Source: Eledone cirrhosa (lineage: Eukaryota). From it: 64,000 nt of DNA. Position 1 is the stretch's first letter. Each line of letters starts with the position of its first letter. This document shows, one piece after another, positions 1-13,994 of this stretch. Under the pieces are notes generated by a model, which searched no databases, was not told the origin of the DNA, and was given only the letters and a program-made list of their open reading frames with translations. The stretch covers positions 84,320,001-84,384,000 of the forward strand of contig OZ024742.1 in assembly GCA_964016885.1 (NCBI GenBank), written 5' to 3'. The position numbers and the translations under genes are program-made.

Positions 1-1
1 G

Positions 2-890
2 GTCCGCAGCAAGTGCGACGACGCGCTCGGTGAAACTCTAGGCGTAGAGGAAGATGAACTGGCCAGTCTGTTCGGTAGGACCTTCCGCCCGGGACCGATG
101 GACAACTTCCAAAAGTCCTTGCCCTGGCAGTGCTACCAAGGAGCTCTACCAGTTCGCGACAAGCTCTACAGACATGGGCGCCCGGGCAGGGACCCTGCAA
201 AAAAGATCTGTCCAAGGTGCGTGCGAGACGAAGAAACCGTCGCGCACGCATTCATACACTGCCCGGGCGTCACTGACCTGTGGGGCTATGTAGAACGACT
301 ATTGTCGCGGGTGGGACCAATCCAGTTGACCACCGAGTCCATTGTCATGATCAAACCGCCACCCTCCTTCAAAAACGAAGGAGAGGCGGTTTTCCTTTGT
401 GTGATAGCTATGGCGAAAGAGGTTGTATGGTGGACAAGGTTGAAAGGGCTGAGGTCAGACACCTTTCTCTCCGGCCAACAACTGATTCTTTTTTTCAAAT
501 ACCACTTTGGAAGAAGAGTCAGGATGGAGTGAGAGGTGCTGTACCCCAGCAAGTTTTATGAAAGGTGGGTGAAAGTGGCGAGAATGGCCCGAGTGAATGG
601 GCCTTCTCTCTATATCAGCCTGTTGGTTGAGGAAAAGGAGGAGGAGAGGAAAGGAGTACAAACTCTTCGTACTCCTGGAGATGAGGGTTACACATTTTTT
701 TTCGGGGGTATGTGTTACCCATATAAACTGTCTCCCTCTAATGGGGAAAATCGACTAACTTTTAAAATTCCATTTGTGATAACATTTTACACGTTTTTAT
801 TGTATGTAAAATTCCCCCTTTGTATTTGTCCCCTTCTTTTGTGCCCCTGTGGCTAATAAAGAAATATATCTATCTATCTATCTACCTACA
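2..890 (+). mobile_element. 3' end of an L1/Tx1-clade LINE (ORF2 C-terminal zf-RVT region, 3' UTR and tail)
   Basis: Frame open from nt 2 encodes CPRCVRDEETVAHAFIHCP (CX2C..H..C zinc finger typical of L1/Tx1 ORF2 C-termini). In-frame TGA at 530-532, AATAAA near 856, then (TATC)n. Confidence 0.8.
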
Positions 891-1204
891 ATTTCCATCA
901 ATCAATCTGTCTCTCTGACTGTCCGCAGGCCCGGCTTACTGTTTCTTTAACCGTCTAACTATGTATCTATATATATATATACATGTATAACTATCTAAAC
1001 TCAAACACGCCGCCATTTTTTAATACAAACACTCACACAAATACGTATTAACATAGACACTCACTGACACACACATTTTGAATGAGTATCAACATATTCA
1101 AAAACATGCATAGTTCCTCGAATTTACAATTTTATATACATATATTGTTGTATGCGTGTATATGCGTGTATGCATGCAAGTAAATACTTAGTTATGCAGG
1201 GATT

Positions 1205-1247
<43 letters not shown>

Positions 1248-1934
1248 CTTTTACAAGACTAGAACTGTTTCATTTATGGTGATTTCTTACGAATGAGACA
1301 TTTATAGTATTGTAGAAGTCATTTATAAATATATATGATAAATATGTCTATACGGTACTGACTATCTTATTTAATGTGGTTACTCCCTGACGCAACACAC
1401 GAATCTACATGCTGTACACACACACGCACACATGCACACACACATACACAAACACACACATACACACGCACACATATATATACATGTGTGTGCGTGTTGG
1501 TTATGGTGTTGGAAGTCTAATATTAAGGGTTTCGATTCCTAGAAAGGGTGGCACGTTATTCATTTGATATTGTTCCAATTGGCTGATATGGAAATGAGTA
1601 ACACATCAGCAGGTAATTGAAACCTCATTGGTCATGGATGTGAAGTCTTGCATTATTAGTCGAAGAATACCACTGAAACCGGCATAAAATACAGCTTAAT
1701 GAGCGTTCGGGCTTGTGACATATACGTGCATCTACAAATCTATAATATTTCTTCTAATGGTTTCCGATTTAAGCTCAAAACCAAAAAGGTTCAACCCCCA
1801 GTATGTTACTGGTACTTTATTTTATTGATCCAGTAAGATTAAAATGCAAATCAAGGTCGGCGTGATTTTAACTCAGAACGCAAAGGGACCTAACTCTTTC
1901 TCCCCCCCCCTCTCTCTCTTTATATATATATATA

Positions 1935-2470
1935 TAGTTTTAATATAGATGAGATTCTACAGGACTAGAACTGTTTCATTTTTTAGAAATCATCAGGAAT
2001 CTGGGTATCAAAAAATAAGTATGGTATTTATAGGTCTCTACAAGTGGTAGGAGAGGGTGGGGAGTGGGATGGGTGTAGGTCATTGGTTGATAGAAAAGGG
2101 AATTCATTAAAAGCTAATTCTACAAAGCTATAGTTTATTTTTATTTATTTTTGTTTTTAGAGTAACAAAGGCAGACAGAGTTCTATAAACAGGTTCAGGA
2201 TGGCAAGCCATTCCTTGTTATTAAGTTTCTCTTAAGCTAACAGGTGTCTATAAGATCAGTGGGGGGTCAGTCATGGTAGATATATTTAAAGGAAAGGGAG
2301 ATTCTTTAAAAGCTAAATTCATTAAGGTTCTACTAAGTGACAAAGGTTTAGAGAATTCTGTAGACAAATTCAGAATATTGAGTGCATATCTTACAATTAT
2401 CTTCAAATTTCTCTTAAACTAATCAACTATATGCCAAAAATCAACAGACACATTCACAAAACACACTCAC
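1935..2470 (-). mobile_element. Penelope-like pLTR-type non-coding repeat (family B); related pieces at ~1246-1395 and ~33770-34135 (+)
   Basis: Shares the GAAACAGTTCTAGT-CTGTAGAA segment with the 34000-34055 copy, is bounded by (TA)n and carries a hammerhead motif. Confidence 0.55.
1952..2002 (-). ncRNA. Type I hammerhead ribozyme motif
   Basis: Minus strand: AGAUUC-CUGAUGA-UUUCUAAAAAAU-GAAA-CAG-uucuaguc-CUG-UA/GAAUCU. Helix I 6 bp, helix III ACAG/CUGU, GUA cleavage triplet; helix II is weak. Confidence 0.65.
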
Positions 2471-2551
2471 TCACCAACTCGCGCGCAACCATAAACACAC
2501 ATACACATACACATATACACACATAAAAACACACACACACACATATAAATA

Positions 2552-2602
<51 letters not shown>

Positions 2603-2692
2603 ATATATAAAAATATATACATATATATATATACATACACACATATATACATATACACACACACACACATACATACACACATATATACATGC

Positions 2693-2752
<60 letters not shown>

Positions 2753-2904
2753 AATATATATATATATATATACATACACACACATACACACACACATATA
2801 TACATATATATATACACACACACACATACACATAATCAACCGGGAATAACGTATATATATATATATATATATATCTTAGTTTTAACGTATATATATATAT
2901 ATAT

Positions 2905-3420
2905 ATCTTAGTCCTTAAGTCCTCCTATGCCCTGGGGCATATTGTGCAATGAGTCTTCTCCAATTTATATGATCAGCTGCGGCATCCTGTGTAGTTTCCC
3001 CTCTTCAGTCCAATCCTCTGGAGAACTCCTTTGAAAGTTGATTGCCAGGATTTCTTGGGTGTCCATTGTTTCCGCCTGCCACCGACTGGGATCCATCTTA
3101 TTGCCACAGAGGTGTTTCGGTACTTAGAAAGGCGTACAATGTGTGTCCTGTCAGCTACAGGCGTCTTTCAGGGATGGTGTCAGTCAGTTGTCTTTGTTTA
3201 CTTCTCTTATAAATATATAATGATGATGGACTCTCCCGTCGATATCCGACGTATGAGTGTCCAACAAAAGTTAAATGTGAGAAAGTGAACTGATGTTGTA
3301 CTACCCACACAAAGTTTTGTTTTAAGTGGTGAAGGCTTGTATAGGACCAACCACACTTTTTGGAACTGAAGACATATCTTTGGCGCAAATGTTTGCCACG
3401 GAAAATGCAACGACAGCCCT
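2905..3420 (-). mobile_element. Decayed 3' end of an RTE-clade LINE
   Basis: Minus-strand translation resembles WIPVGGRRKQWTPKKSWQSTF...[15 protein letters not shown], the typical RTE ORF C-terminus (W.P...R..GRP..TW). Confidence 0.65.
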
Positions 3421-3858
3421 CAAAAAAAAAAAAGAATATATATAAATATAAATATATATATATATAGCACTAAGTGTTTTGTTCCATTGCTAAAGGCAAC
3501 ATACAATACTGGATTAGGCATTGAAGCAAATTTCGATGCGAATAACATTTAATAATAACGTATCTCTAATAGTAGTATTAGTAGTATTGCTTGAAGAAGA
3601 CTAGCAGCTCTATTAATAGTAGAATTAGTAGTAGTAGTAGTAGTAGTAGCAGTAGTAGTAATATTTTATAATTCAATCATTACTACGACTAATAATAAGA
3701 TTAAATTTATGATGTAAATGATAAGAATAAGTTTAACAAAAGCCATTGCAAAATTATTATGCTTCTAGCCGTTTTCTTTACATTTGCAAACCGTTTTTCT
3801 ATAATTTTATTTTTATTTGTTGTATTTATATAGGTTTTTACACATACGTACTCACACA

Positions 3859-4011
<153 letters not shown>

Positions 4012-4597
4012 ATACGCACGCACACATCACACACACACATATGTATACGATCATGAACATGGAAAGTTTATGGAACTAGAATTGTGTAAAAAAACCTGTT
4101 TAGCTTTAATATATTTTGTTTTTAAGTTTTCCAGATTGTTGTTATTGTTATTGGTTTTGTTTTGTTTCAATTCTTTCGTGTAATTTGTATTTTTCTAAAA
4201 CAAATATTCACAGTAATTCTGAACGCATGCGATAAGCATGTGAAATTTTCCTTCTAGCTAAATGAATATGAATAATGAAATAAAAAAAAAAAAAATTTCT
4301 CGGTAAATGTTTGCCCAATTTAATAAATATGTTTAGCGATATTTTGTAATTATTAAATACAATTTTCTAATATAATTTGTCTAATTAGTTTTTATAGTGA
4401 AATATATAAATTTTGCTCGAATAGAAACCAAATAATACAAAAGAAACCCCCTAAAAGCACAATAACAAAACAAACGAGTTATTAAAATTGTAATTGTAAT
4501 TATAGTAGGCGGTGAAATGAGAACTTTATGTTTGCCCAAGATACTCTAAAGATGTCTACCAAGAAAGAAACATAGAAAAACAAGAGAGAAAGAAAAC

Positions 4598-4648
<51 letters not shown>

Positions 4649-5559
4649 GGGAGCGTGAAACGAAAAATAATAAGAGGGAAACAGTGAGAGAATGAGAAAT
4701 GAAGAAATAAATGTGGGGATGGAGGAAAGAGTGGAGAATTATGGGCAATAAATAAGAAATTCAATACATAAACCATCGGAGAAAGGAAATAAGCAACGTA
4801 GCAAGAAACAGGTGTATTATGGAGGAGACAAATATGATAACGACAAAATTAGAAAGTGTAAAATACATATGAAGAAAAAAGCTGAACATGAAGGTGATAA
4901 GGTTGAAAGTAAACACAATAATCGGAGGCAATCAACGACAGAGCTAGGAAAAGATTAATGAAGAATGATTAATTACGTACACATTCATACCTGCACGCAT
5001 ACATACATGCATATATGCATACATAGACATGCATACATAACTATACCCCCATATATACATGCGTATATGCATACATAGACACGCATACATAACTATACCC
5101 GCATATATACATGCGTATATGCATACATACACACACATACTTACCTATACACGCATAAATACATGCATATGTGCATACTTACATACACATAGATTCCTAT
5201 ATATACATATATACATGCATATATGCATACATACATACACATGCATAGCTATCCACGCATACACATACATTTATACACACACACATATATATATATATAT
5301 ACACACACATTTATACATACAAACAATTATACACACACACACACATATATATATATATGAATATTAAATTGTAATGAAAACGCCTTGGCACTTGTTTCCA
5401 AATCTGCCCTATGTAAAAGGAATAACAGCAAAAACAAATGCACAAAACTGAGGAAAATAACATATAATGAGTCAGCAGTGAAACGTTTTAAGCTTTCAGT
5501 TGTAGATGAGATTCTCTGAAACTCCAGGCTATTTGATCTACATATCACGCAAAGTCTTC

Positions 5560-6560
5560 AAAAAATGTTTTGGCGGTGGTATGATTCTGAAGACTTGGGA
5601 GAGATGATCTTAACGTAAAGATCAAAATTAAAGTCATTGGCCGGGTTAGGTTCTCTTCTTTTAGCGTCTTACATTTTAAATATGAAAATTGCTCTAATCC
5701 ATGGGCAATGTCTACAAATATTATTCTCGGATGCTTGAACTGAAGCGCTTAACAATGTCAGGATCTATATGTTGCAGATTATAAGTTTCTTATACGTGGT
5801 TGTTACGTTGTAACTTCGTGACGATAAGCCTATCCACGCGATCCAAAAGCACTTCACGCCAGTAGTTTATCCCAGCTAAACGTTGGTAAATAGGAGTGAC
5901 GGAGTATTCATTAAGATTAAGATGGACTCTTTTGAACAACTTTCTTTTTGCAATAAAACAATTATGATGAAGTAACTCCGTCAAAATTATTCTTATTTGA
6001 AAGCGATTCTTAAGTCAGACTTAACCACGAGGTACTTTGAATCATTCGGCGTTGACTCGGGTGTGCAGTTATTGACGAACTGCCTAGTAACTTGGGTAGC
6101 CCCCTTACACCCACAGCCACTCCGAGCCCTAGCTGACCCTTGCAGTATTCTTTGCCTAGTTCAGTTGCCATAGACCTGCAGATTATCTTCGTAGCCACCA
6201 TTCTGAAGGCTTTGCCGAAAGAGATAGTGCGTATTCCAACGCCATGCTTTCTATGAGGTAGTAGCTTGATAAAAAAGAGGGGCATCGGGAATATAGTTCA
6301 AGTCTTCGTGGACGAATCTGTTAACAAGTGCTACAATTGTGTCGAGCCTCAGAGAGGAAATAACAAATTTTTGAATTGGTCTGGTTGAGACTATCGGCCT
6401 CTCCGCTGCTGCTAGCAGGGAAGTACGTTATAGCAAAGATAGTGTATGCCACGAAAGCCACTTATAGCGGGAAATCACGAGATGAAATGGGTCTGGGTTG
6501 TGGGTGACTCGGGATACTTGAAACGAAGAGCGGCCGAGTTGTTTTTCTTTATGTGGAAGA
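5560..6560 (-). mobile_element. Degraded CRE-like (restriction-like-endonuclease clade) non-LTR retrotransposon RT fragment
   Basis: ORF 6010-6285(-) has GIRTISFGKAFRMVATK...QLGLGVAVG, matching the GIRPIAVG..RRL..K / QLG.GV.GG motifs of CRE-type RTs. The adjacent sequence is frameshifted. Confidence 0.5.
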
Positions 6561-6962
6561 GGTAATTGTGTATTGAATAACTCAAAACCAAAATTAATTG
6601 TTCAAATGCAGATAAAGTTGTGTAAATACAATACACAAATATTCAATATTCTATATTCAGACACAAAAATAAAAGTGATTTCACAACTCATATAGTCTAT
6701 ATAATCTTCACTTTAAAGTTTATAAGGAAGGTTCAAATCATATTTTACATTTTGTATTGTTTTTCGTATTACTCTTTGATGTTCCTCAACTGTAGACACG
6801 CGTTTCGATATTTTTATCTCATGGGTATATTATATTAGTGAACTTATATAAATGATGTGCCTTTCCAAACTGACTTATATACAGAAAAGTAATAATATTA
6901 TTAATAATTATGCGACAACTAGTATATTTTGTAATTCTGTCACATTTCATACTTCACATAAC

Positions 6963-7147
6963 TGTTTCTACTTTAGGCACAAGGCCAGCAATTACCCAGT
7001 GCATTACTGGTACTATATTTTATCGACCCCGTAAGGATGAAAGGCAAAGTCAACCTCGGCGGGATTTGAACTCAGATCGTAAAGGGACGGAAGTATGCTG
7101 GAAAGCATGGCGTCCGACCCTCTACTGATACTGCCAATCCACCGCCC
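6963..7147 (-). mobile_element. tRNA-derived SINE (family S1), full length, with 18-bp TSD
   Basis: A-box-like TGGCAGTATCAGTAG and B box GAGTTCAAATCC on the minus strand. TTTCATACTTCACATAAC is repeated at 6945-6962 and 7148-7165. Confidence 0.9.
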
Positions 7148-9072
7148 TTTCATACTTCACATAACGTTAGTTATTTGTATTTTTATTGGAAACTGATATC
7201 TCATATTATTCGATCACGCATTGAATGTGACGGTTATATTATCATTCTCTTCCTAGTTTTAAATGTTTTTCAGTCATCGTTACATTAAAGAAAAACAGAC
7301 TCTAGTTTTCTTTTCCCAAGATATCTATACTTGGGATGTTTGGCAATTCGGAAATTTTAGAAATTTTAAATTCAGGTTATTAGATAATTCAACTTAATGA
7401 TATGTATTACATATGTATAATATGTTAAATTTCATTCAATAAACTCGTATATATTCTCGCATCTATATTATTATTAAAACAGCAATTCTATCTATTTGTA
7501 AGAAAAAATATTAAGCTTGACTCTTCTATGCAAAGATGAATCATTCTGAGTACAACTTTACAAGGATTATTTTAGATATTCTCTGGCGTTTACTTAAATT
7601 TGATGCCTAACTCCGTCATGAACAAATTTGCCACTCCAGTCCATCATATTATTTAAGGTTTTGTGAGATGAATTACGCAAAGAATAGTTGATACGCTATC
7701 AGTCACAAATATGATAACTAGATTACAAATATAAAGTGAAGCCCGATTATAACGGAAAAAATTATGTTGCTGCCACATTCTTTCTGTGTTTATTCTACCA
7801 GGAAGTAAAAAATGCGGGGTTTTGTTATATACCAAACAAAGACGTAGTTACAATTAATTAATTAATTTTTAATTAAAGTAAGAAAAGAAGTAAATAGATA
7901 ATAAATATAAACATATGGGGATAGGCATCATATTTTCTCCTAACTCACGAGTTTTCATATCTGCTGAAAGTTACTTTCAACACAAATGACTAAATATTCT
8001 ATGCCTATAACGATCCTCTTATTAGTAATTCTCTTAGTAATAATTTGGTAACTAAAGAGAAGGCTATTGAAAAGATCTAACAAGACCAATTATTTCCCCC
8101 ATTCTTACAGATTCCTCAAGATCAGATTAAAATAATATTAGACTTTGAGTTAGCATGCCAGTCTTCTTGACGCAAAACATATTATTTAGTAACTCGACTT
8201 ACCTTACAATATATTATGTATAGTGGCAGTAAACTGACTATAAGATTTCAATTAAACGGAATGTGAAAATATATTACAGGAAGATCCAAAGTCTCTATTT
8301 TAATATTGGTTTATAACGGTGTTTGAATTATTTAAAAAACAGGCCGGCTCTAGAATATTAAAAACCGTATTCCCCAATCCTTCATAGTCTTGAAGGATCT
8401 TTTTCGGCATGTTATTGGAATCTTTGCCAACACAAAAGATGCGAATTTATTCGCAGATTAATTCTCGCCGCTAGTGAATAATTGAAAGATAGTCCGTCAA
8501 ATTCTATACATTGTGCCAAGAAAGCAATATTGGTTTGGCAATGTATGATGAATTAGAATTACATCTCAAATCATCAAAACCACTTTGAGTCTGCCGAGGT
8601 ATACAAGTCAGATGAATACATTAGCTGCGTTGAAATTGGTACAAGGTAAATTATTGACATTGGAATAAAACAAAATATTGTTTCACACTTCTAATTTTCA
8701 TTACTCTCCAGCTTAGCACGTAAGAACTACATGGGAAATCTGAAGATTTATTTTCCATGATATAACGATTCTTAAGTTGATCATTCTATCCTTTTAAGAA
8801 ACATAAACATGAAACTATGTCGTTGAATGAAAAACAAATCTGCAGATATATGTTATTATTTGCGCTAAAATGACATATCCTTCTGTTTCTAAAGAACGCT
8901 TTATTTAGAGCTAGCTAGATTATATGTTTATAACACAGTAACTTGTGATTGGAAAATATACTTCTTACTGTAGCAACATGAATGAAATAGGAAACACATT
9001 GTGCATGTGTTTGTGTGTGTGTGTGTGTAAATACTAAATTGTTACAGACACACACATATATATATATATATA

Positions 9073-9945
9073 AAACACTGGAAGGTAATATCCGTAGTTG
9101 TAGAGAACTCAGTCCTTGGGAGGAGTTAGGTAGAAGTGGTTACACAAGAGTTAGTTCACCATACCGAGAACAATTGTTTCACCTTAGCGGATCCTCGTAA
9201 TGGACATGGTTATACGGAACAGGAAGGACAATCTCTTTTGAATATTTATTCGTTCATAAATACATAGTCCACACGATGGATTGCCCCTTGCGTATGGCTT
9301 GAACTTAGTGATGGCTTTCCATTGAATGGGATAGTCTATACTTGAGTCCTTGAGAGACCATACGTGGCTCGCGAGTTTCGTTGATGAACGTTTGTCAGGG
9401 TACCTAAAGGTGGACTGGTGGTTCAGGAAGCGTTCCTTAAATCGGCCCCAAACGTTCATCCACGAAACTCGCGAGCCACGTATGGTCCCTCAAGGACTCA
9501 AGTATAGACTACTCCATTCAATGGAAATCCATCACTAAGTTCAAGCCATACGCAAGGGGCAATCCGTTGAGTGGATTATGTATTGATGAACGAATAAATA
9601 TTCTAAAGAGATTACGCAATAGCGATACCCTAAACGCAAGTAATGAGTTCTTCACACGATCTCTACATGTCTGTAAACACCTCTTACATAACTACAAAGC
9701 TCCGGATTGAATTACAACAACATCCTAATTTTCTTATCAACTAGAAACTTTCGGACTTTCGAAGTTATCTCCCTTACACCCCTCGCACGCAATTTAGTAT
9801 TGCCTGAGGGAAGTGACGGTTTCTGCGCATGCGCGTTCCTACGTTTGTCCTTCCTGTTCCGTATAATCATGTCCATTACGAGCTGAGGACTGGCTGATGT
9901 GAAACAATTGTTCTCAGTATGGTGAACTAACTGTTGTGTAACCAC

Positions 9946-9949
<4 letters not shown>
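9073..9949. mobile_element. Penelope-like element remnant: GIY-YIG C-terminus plus pLTR in inverted arrangement
   Basis: ORF 9184-9459(-) GRFKERFLNHQSTFRY...STKLASHVWSLKD...WK..CGLCIYE resembles the Penelope GIY-YIG C-terminus. The same sequence recurs inverted at ~9450-9949; flanked by (TA)n. Confidence 0.8.
9880..9915 (+). ncRNA. Minimal hammerhead ribozyme motif in the Penelope pLTR
   Basis: GAG-CUGAGGA-(11 nt)-GAAA-CAAUUG-UU/CUC with palindromic helix III. Helix II is degenerate here but intact (CC-GCUAA-GG) in the inverted copy at ~9165-9197. Confidence 0.6.
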
Positions 9950-9993
<44 letters not shown>

Positions 9994-10029
9994 CATATTA
10001 CTATGGTTGATTGTGTTCACGCCAAAGAG

Positions 10030-10385
10030 TGTCATAATGATCCTTCAGCTGTTTCAAGGGCATGAGAACATTTCTAGTGCTGGTGTCACAATAATACACA
10101 CTCAGTATATGCTGTAGAGTGGTTGTTGACAGGAAGAGCACCCAGCAGTAGAAAATATTGTGAATAAAGTTTGAAAGGATTCTTCATTTGTTGCAAAGAC
10201 ATGACACCACTCTAGTACTGGTACCATGATAAAATGCGCCTAGTATACTCTGTAAAGTGGTTGATAATAGGAAGGGCATCAAGCTCTAGAAAATAAGCTG
10301 AACTAAGGGCTGAGTAGACTCTTCAGTTGTGTCAATCAAATGACAAACTCCCAAGTACTGCTGCCATGATAAAATGCACCCTTAA
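10030..10385 (+). repeat. ~140-bp tandemly repeated SINE-like fragment (2-3 units)
   Basis: CTAGTRCTGGT..CAYRATAA...GTATA..CTGTARAGTGGTTG...AGGAAGRGCA recurs at ~10075, ~10212 and (partial) ~10354. Confidence 0.55.
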
Positions 10386-10476
10386 CTCTCAGATCTGATG
10401 TTCACACAGTTCAATTTTAACTTATGCTCCTTCATAACAAACCCCCCTTTCAAGAAAATACAAATACAGGTTGACA

Positions 10477-10558
10477 TACACGGTGGGGTATAAAGATCTC
10501 CCACATTTTGAAATGATTTAAAAAAAGACGTGGAAGATCTTTATGGCCCACCCTGTAT
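10477..10558. mobile_element. Tc1/mariner-like MITE remnant
   Basis: Imperfect terminal inverted repeats TACACGGTGGGGTATAAAGATCT / AGATCTTTATGGCCCACCCTGTA, with TA at the end. Confidence 0.45.
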
Positions 10559-10849
10559 AAGCAATGTCTCACAATACATTTCCATTGAGTGATTAATTTC
10601 TAGCGTTTAAAACAAATTCTAATCGATCATCTTCCAATAAAATCGTCCCATTAAGCACATAATGCTTTACATTAATATTTTACTTAATATATTGCATATT
10701 TAGGCAATTACTACATAGCATGTGCTACAAAGTAAAAAGCACATGTAATAGCCTACAGCTGATGACTCTTTTGATTTGGCACGCAGGAAAGTTGTGTAGG
10801 TTCACACGTCATCTGTTCGAGTGAATCACATGTTATATGATGTGGTGTT

Positions 10850-11082
10850 ATTTGGCAGTATCAGTAGAGCATCGGCCAATATATTTTACAGCGGTTCTTT
10901 ATGTTCTTTACGTTCTGAGTTACGGTTCTTTACATGCTGAGTTTAAATCCCGCTGAGATCAGCTTTGTCTTTCATCCTTACGGGGTCGATAAAATAAAGT
11001 ACCAGTAACGCACTGGCGTAGATTTAATCGACTCTCCACTCCATTTAAATTGTTGGCCTTGTGCCAAATGTAGAAACAATTA
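10850..11082 (+). mobile_element. SINE S1 copy (diverged)
   Basis: TGGCAGTATCAGTAG ... CATCCTTACGGGGTCGATAAAATAAAGTACCAG ... AGAAACAATT. Confidence 0.8.
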
Positions 11083-12349
11083 TTTATTCATTAGGATGTA
11101 ATGAGTATATATTTGCAATTTGATTTCAAATTAAAATGGAATAGTATGAAATTAAATACTCCGCGGAATTTAGTGTATTAATTCATATTGATGTTCTGCG
11201 TTGAAATTAATATTTAACCTTGTTTTGTATGGTAAAACGTCACAGCTGTTTAGACGTTTTATGCTTGTACCTTTCAAACCAAACACTAGAATACACATCA
11301 ACATTGCCTACGGGCTAAACACTCATCCTAGACGAAATATCAATTTCACTATTGACGCACGGAACCATAATGCATTGTTGAATAAAACTACGAGCATTCT
11401 CAAAAATTCATTTCATGTTCTCTAGTAATTTATAGCTAATTTATAGCTAATATAAAATATCCACATCAATAAGTCACATAGATATTGCAGGCGGTTGCAC
11501 ATGCAGAACGCCATATACAATATATCGGTATCATGAAGTTAAGTGCCAGATTCCATTTGGATTATATATCTGCTATATATCTGGAAGCAAAATATATATT
11601 CATTGATTCTATAGGAATGTAAATAATCATTGTGCCGTAACACTTAATTTGGAGGCAGGGACACAGTTGTGGGCATTTAAAACCTGGTAGAGCACCTGTC
11701 CTGTCCAGGTCTGAATACAACTGATTCTCCAGAGAGATGAAGTGAGAAAGAATTGTAGAGAAACGATCGATGCTAGTACTTGACTGACAATTTTTATTAT
11801 TGACCTCAAACGCATGAAAAGAAAAGTTAAAATCGGCGGACTTTGAACGCAGAGTGCATAGAGAGTCGGAACCAATACCACAAAGCATTCTGTCCGACTT
11901 TCTAATAGTGATCTAATACACTATATGTGATTCTAGTCACCACATTGTCAGGTCTCAGCAGACATCAATCTAATCAGCTTGCAGAGAACATGAAATATAA
12001 TTGTTGTGTGTGCTTGCTTAAAATTAGTTGATAATTATATAAATAGATTAAAAAAGAATTTAAGCAGGCAGAAAAAAACACGGCTTGGATAGAAGATCTT
12101 GAGGAAGATTTCCATAATAGGAAGACGATTAACGATAGACTCATTCATCTCAACACTGCTAATAAACTTTAATATTCTGTGACAATTATTACCAATTGAT
12201 CCAGTGGCATCATTATTGGACGTTTAACAGAGATACACATTGTATATCTTTTTATATAAATCCATCCAAATCCACACTCAAGCATATGTACACACACAAG
12301 CACATAGACACACAGGAATTCATATACGCGCGCGCATATGTACTTGTAT

Positions 12350-13413
<1,064 letters not shown>

Positions 13414-13722
13414 TATATATATATATACATACACTCTCACTCATACACACTCACACTCTCTAAAACCATATTCCCAAAATAGAATTTCTTTTACAGCCCT
13501 ACTTTTGTCAATCTTATTTTCCCCCCTCACCCATAGAGTTTGCTTCTAGCTTATATTTCCCCTCTTCACCACCTTCATCTGTACTCTGTACCAGTCCATT
13601 AACACAACTGAGATATACACACATATTTACAGAAAATCTCCCTCTCCCTAGAAATCATTTTGACCTGTACGATAAAACACAACTATCATATATATATATA
13701 TATATATATGATAATTTTGATA

Positions 13723-13858
<136 letters not shown>

Positions 13859-13867
13859 ATTGGGGCA

Positions 13868-13994
13868 CCCACTGATAAATTATAGGAGCCCACTTGAATA
13901 TATATCTATTGATGGTATACAAGCTCCTACATAAATTGGTATAATTTCACCCAAATTGTAGGAATCCTATAATGAAACGAGACGTCCGTCTGGG
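13868..13994 (+). ncRNA. Hammerhead ribozyme-like motif with extended helix II
   Basis: CCCA-CUGAUAA-AUUAUAGGA...UCCUAUAAU-GAAA-CG-agacguc-CG-UC/UGGG; G8 is replaced by A. Confidence 0.55.

Noticed and set aside
6963-7147. tRNA gene suggested by A/B boxes
   Set aside because: No cloverleaf; multi-copy with TSD and tail, so it is a SINE.
7860-8840. Possible ancient DNA-transposase remnant (also 15950-16650 and 35690-36950)
   Set aside because: No continuous frame or diagnostic motif could be read by eye; needs a translated search.
10752-10800. CCUACAG-CUGAUGA...GAAA-GUUG-UGUAGG hammerhead-like string
   Set aside because: No room for helix III, a G-G mismatch at the helix I base and only a 2-bp helix II; chance or too decayed.
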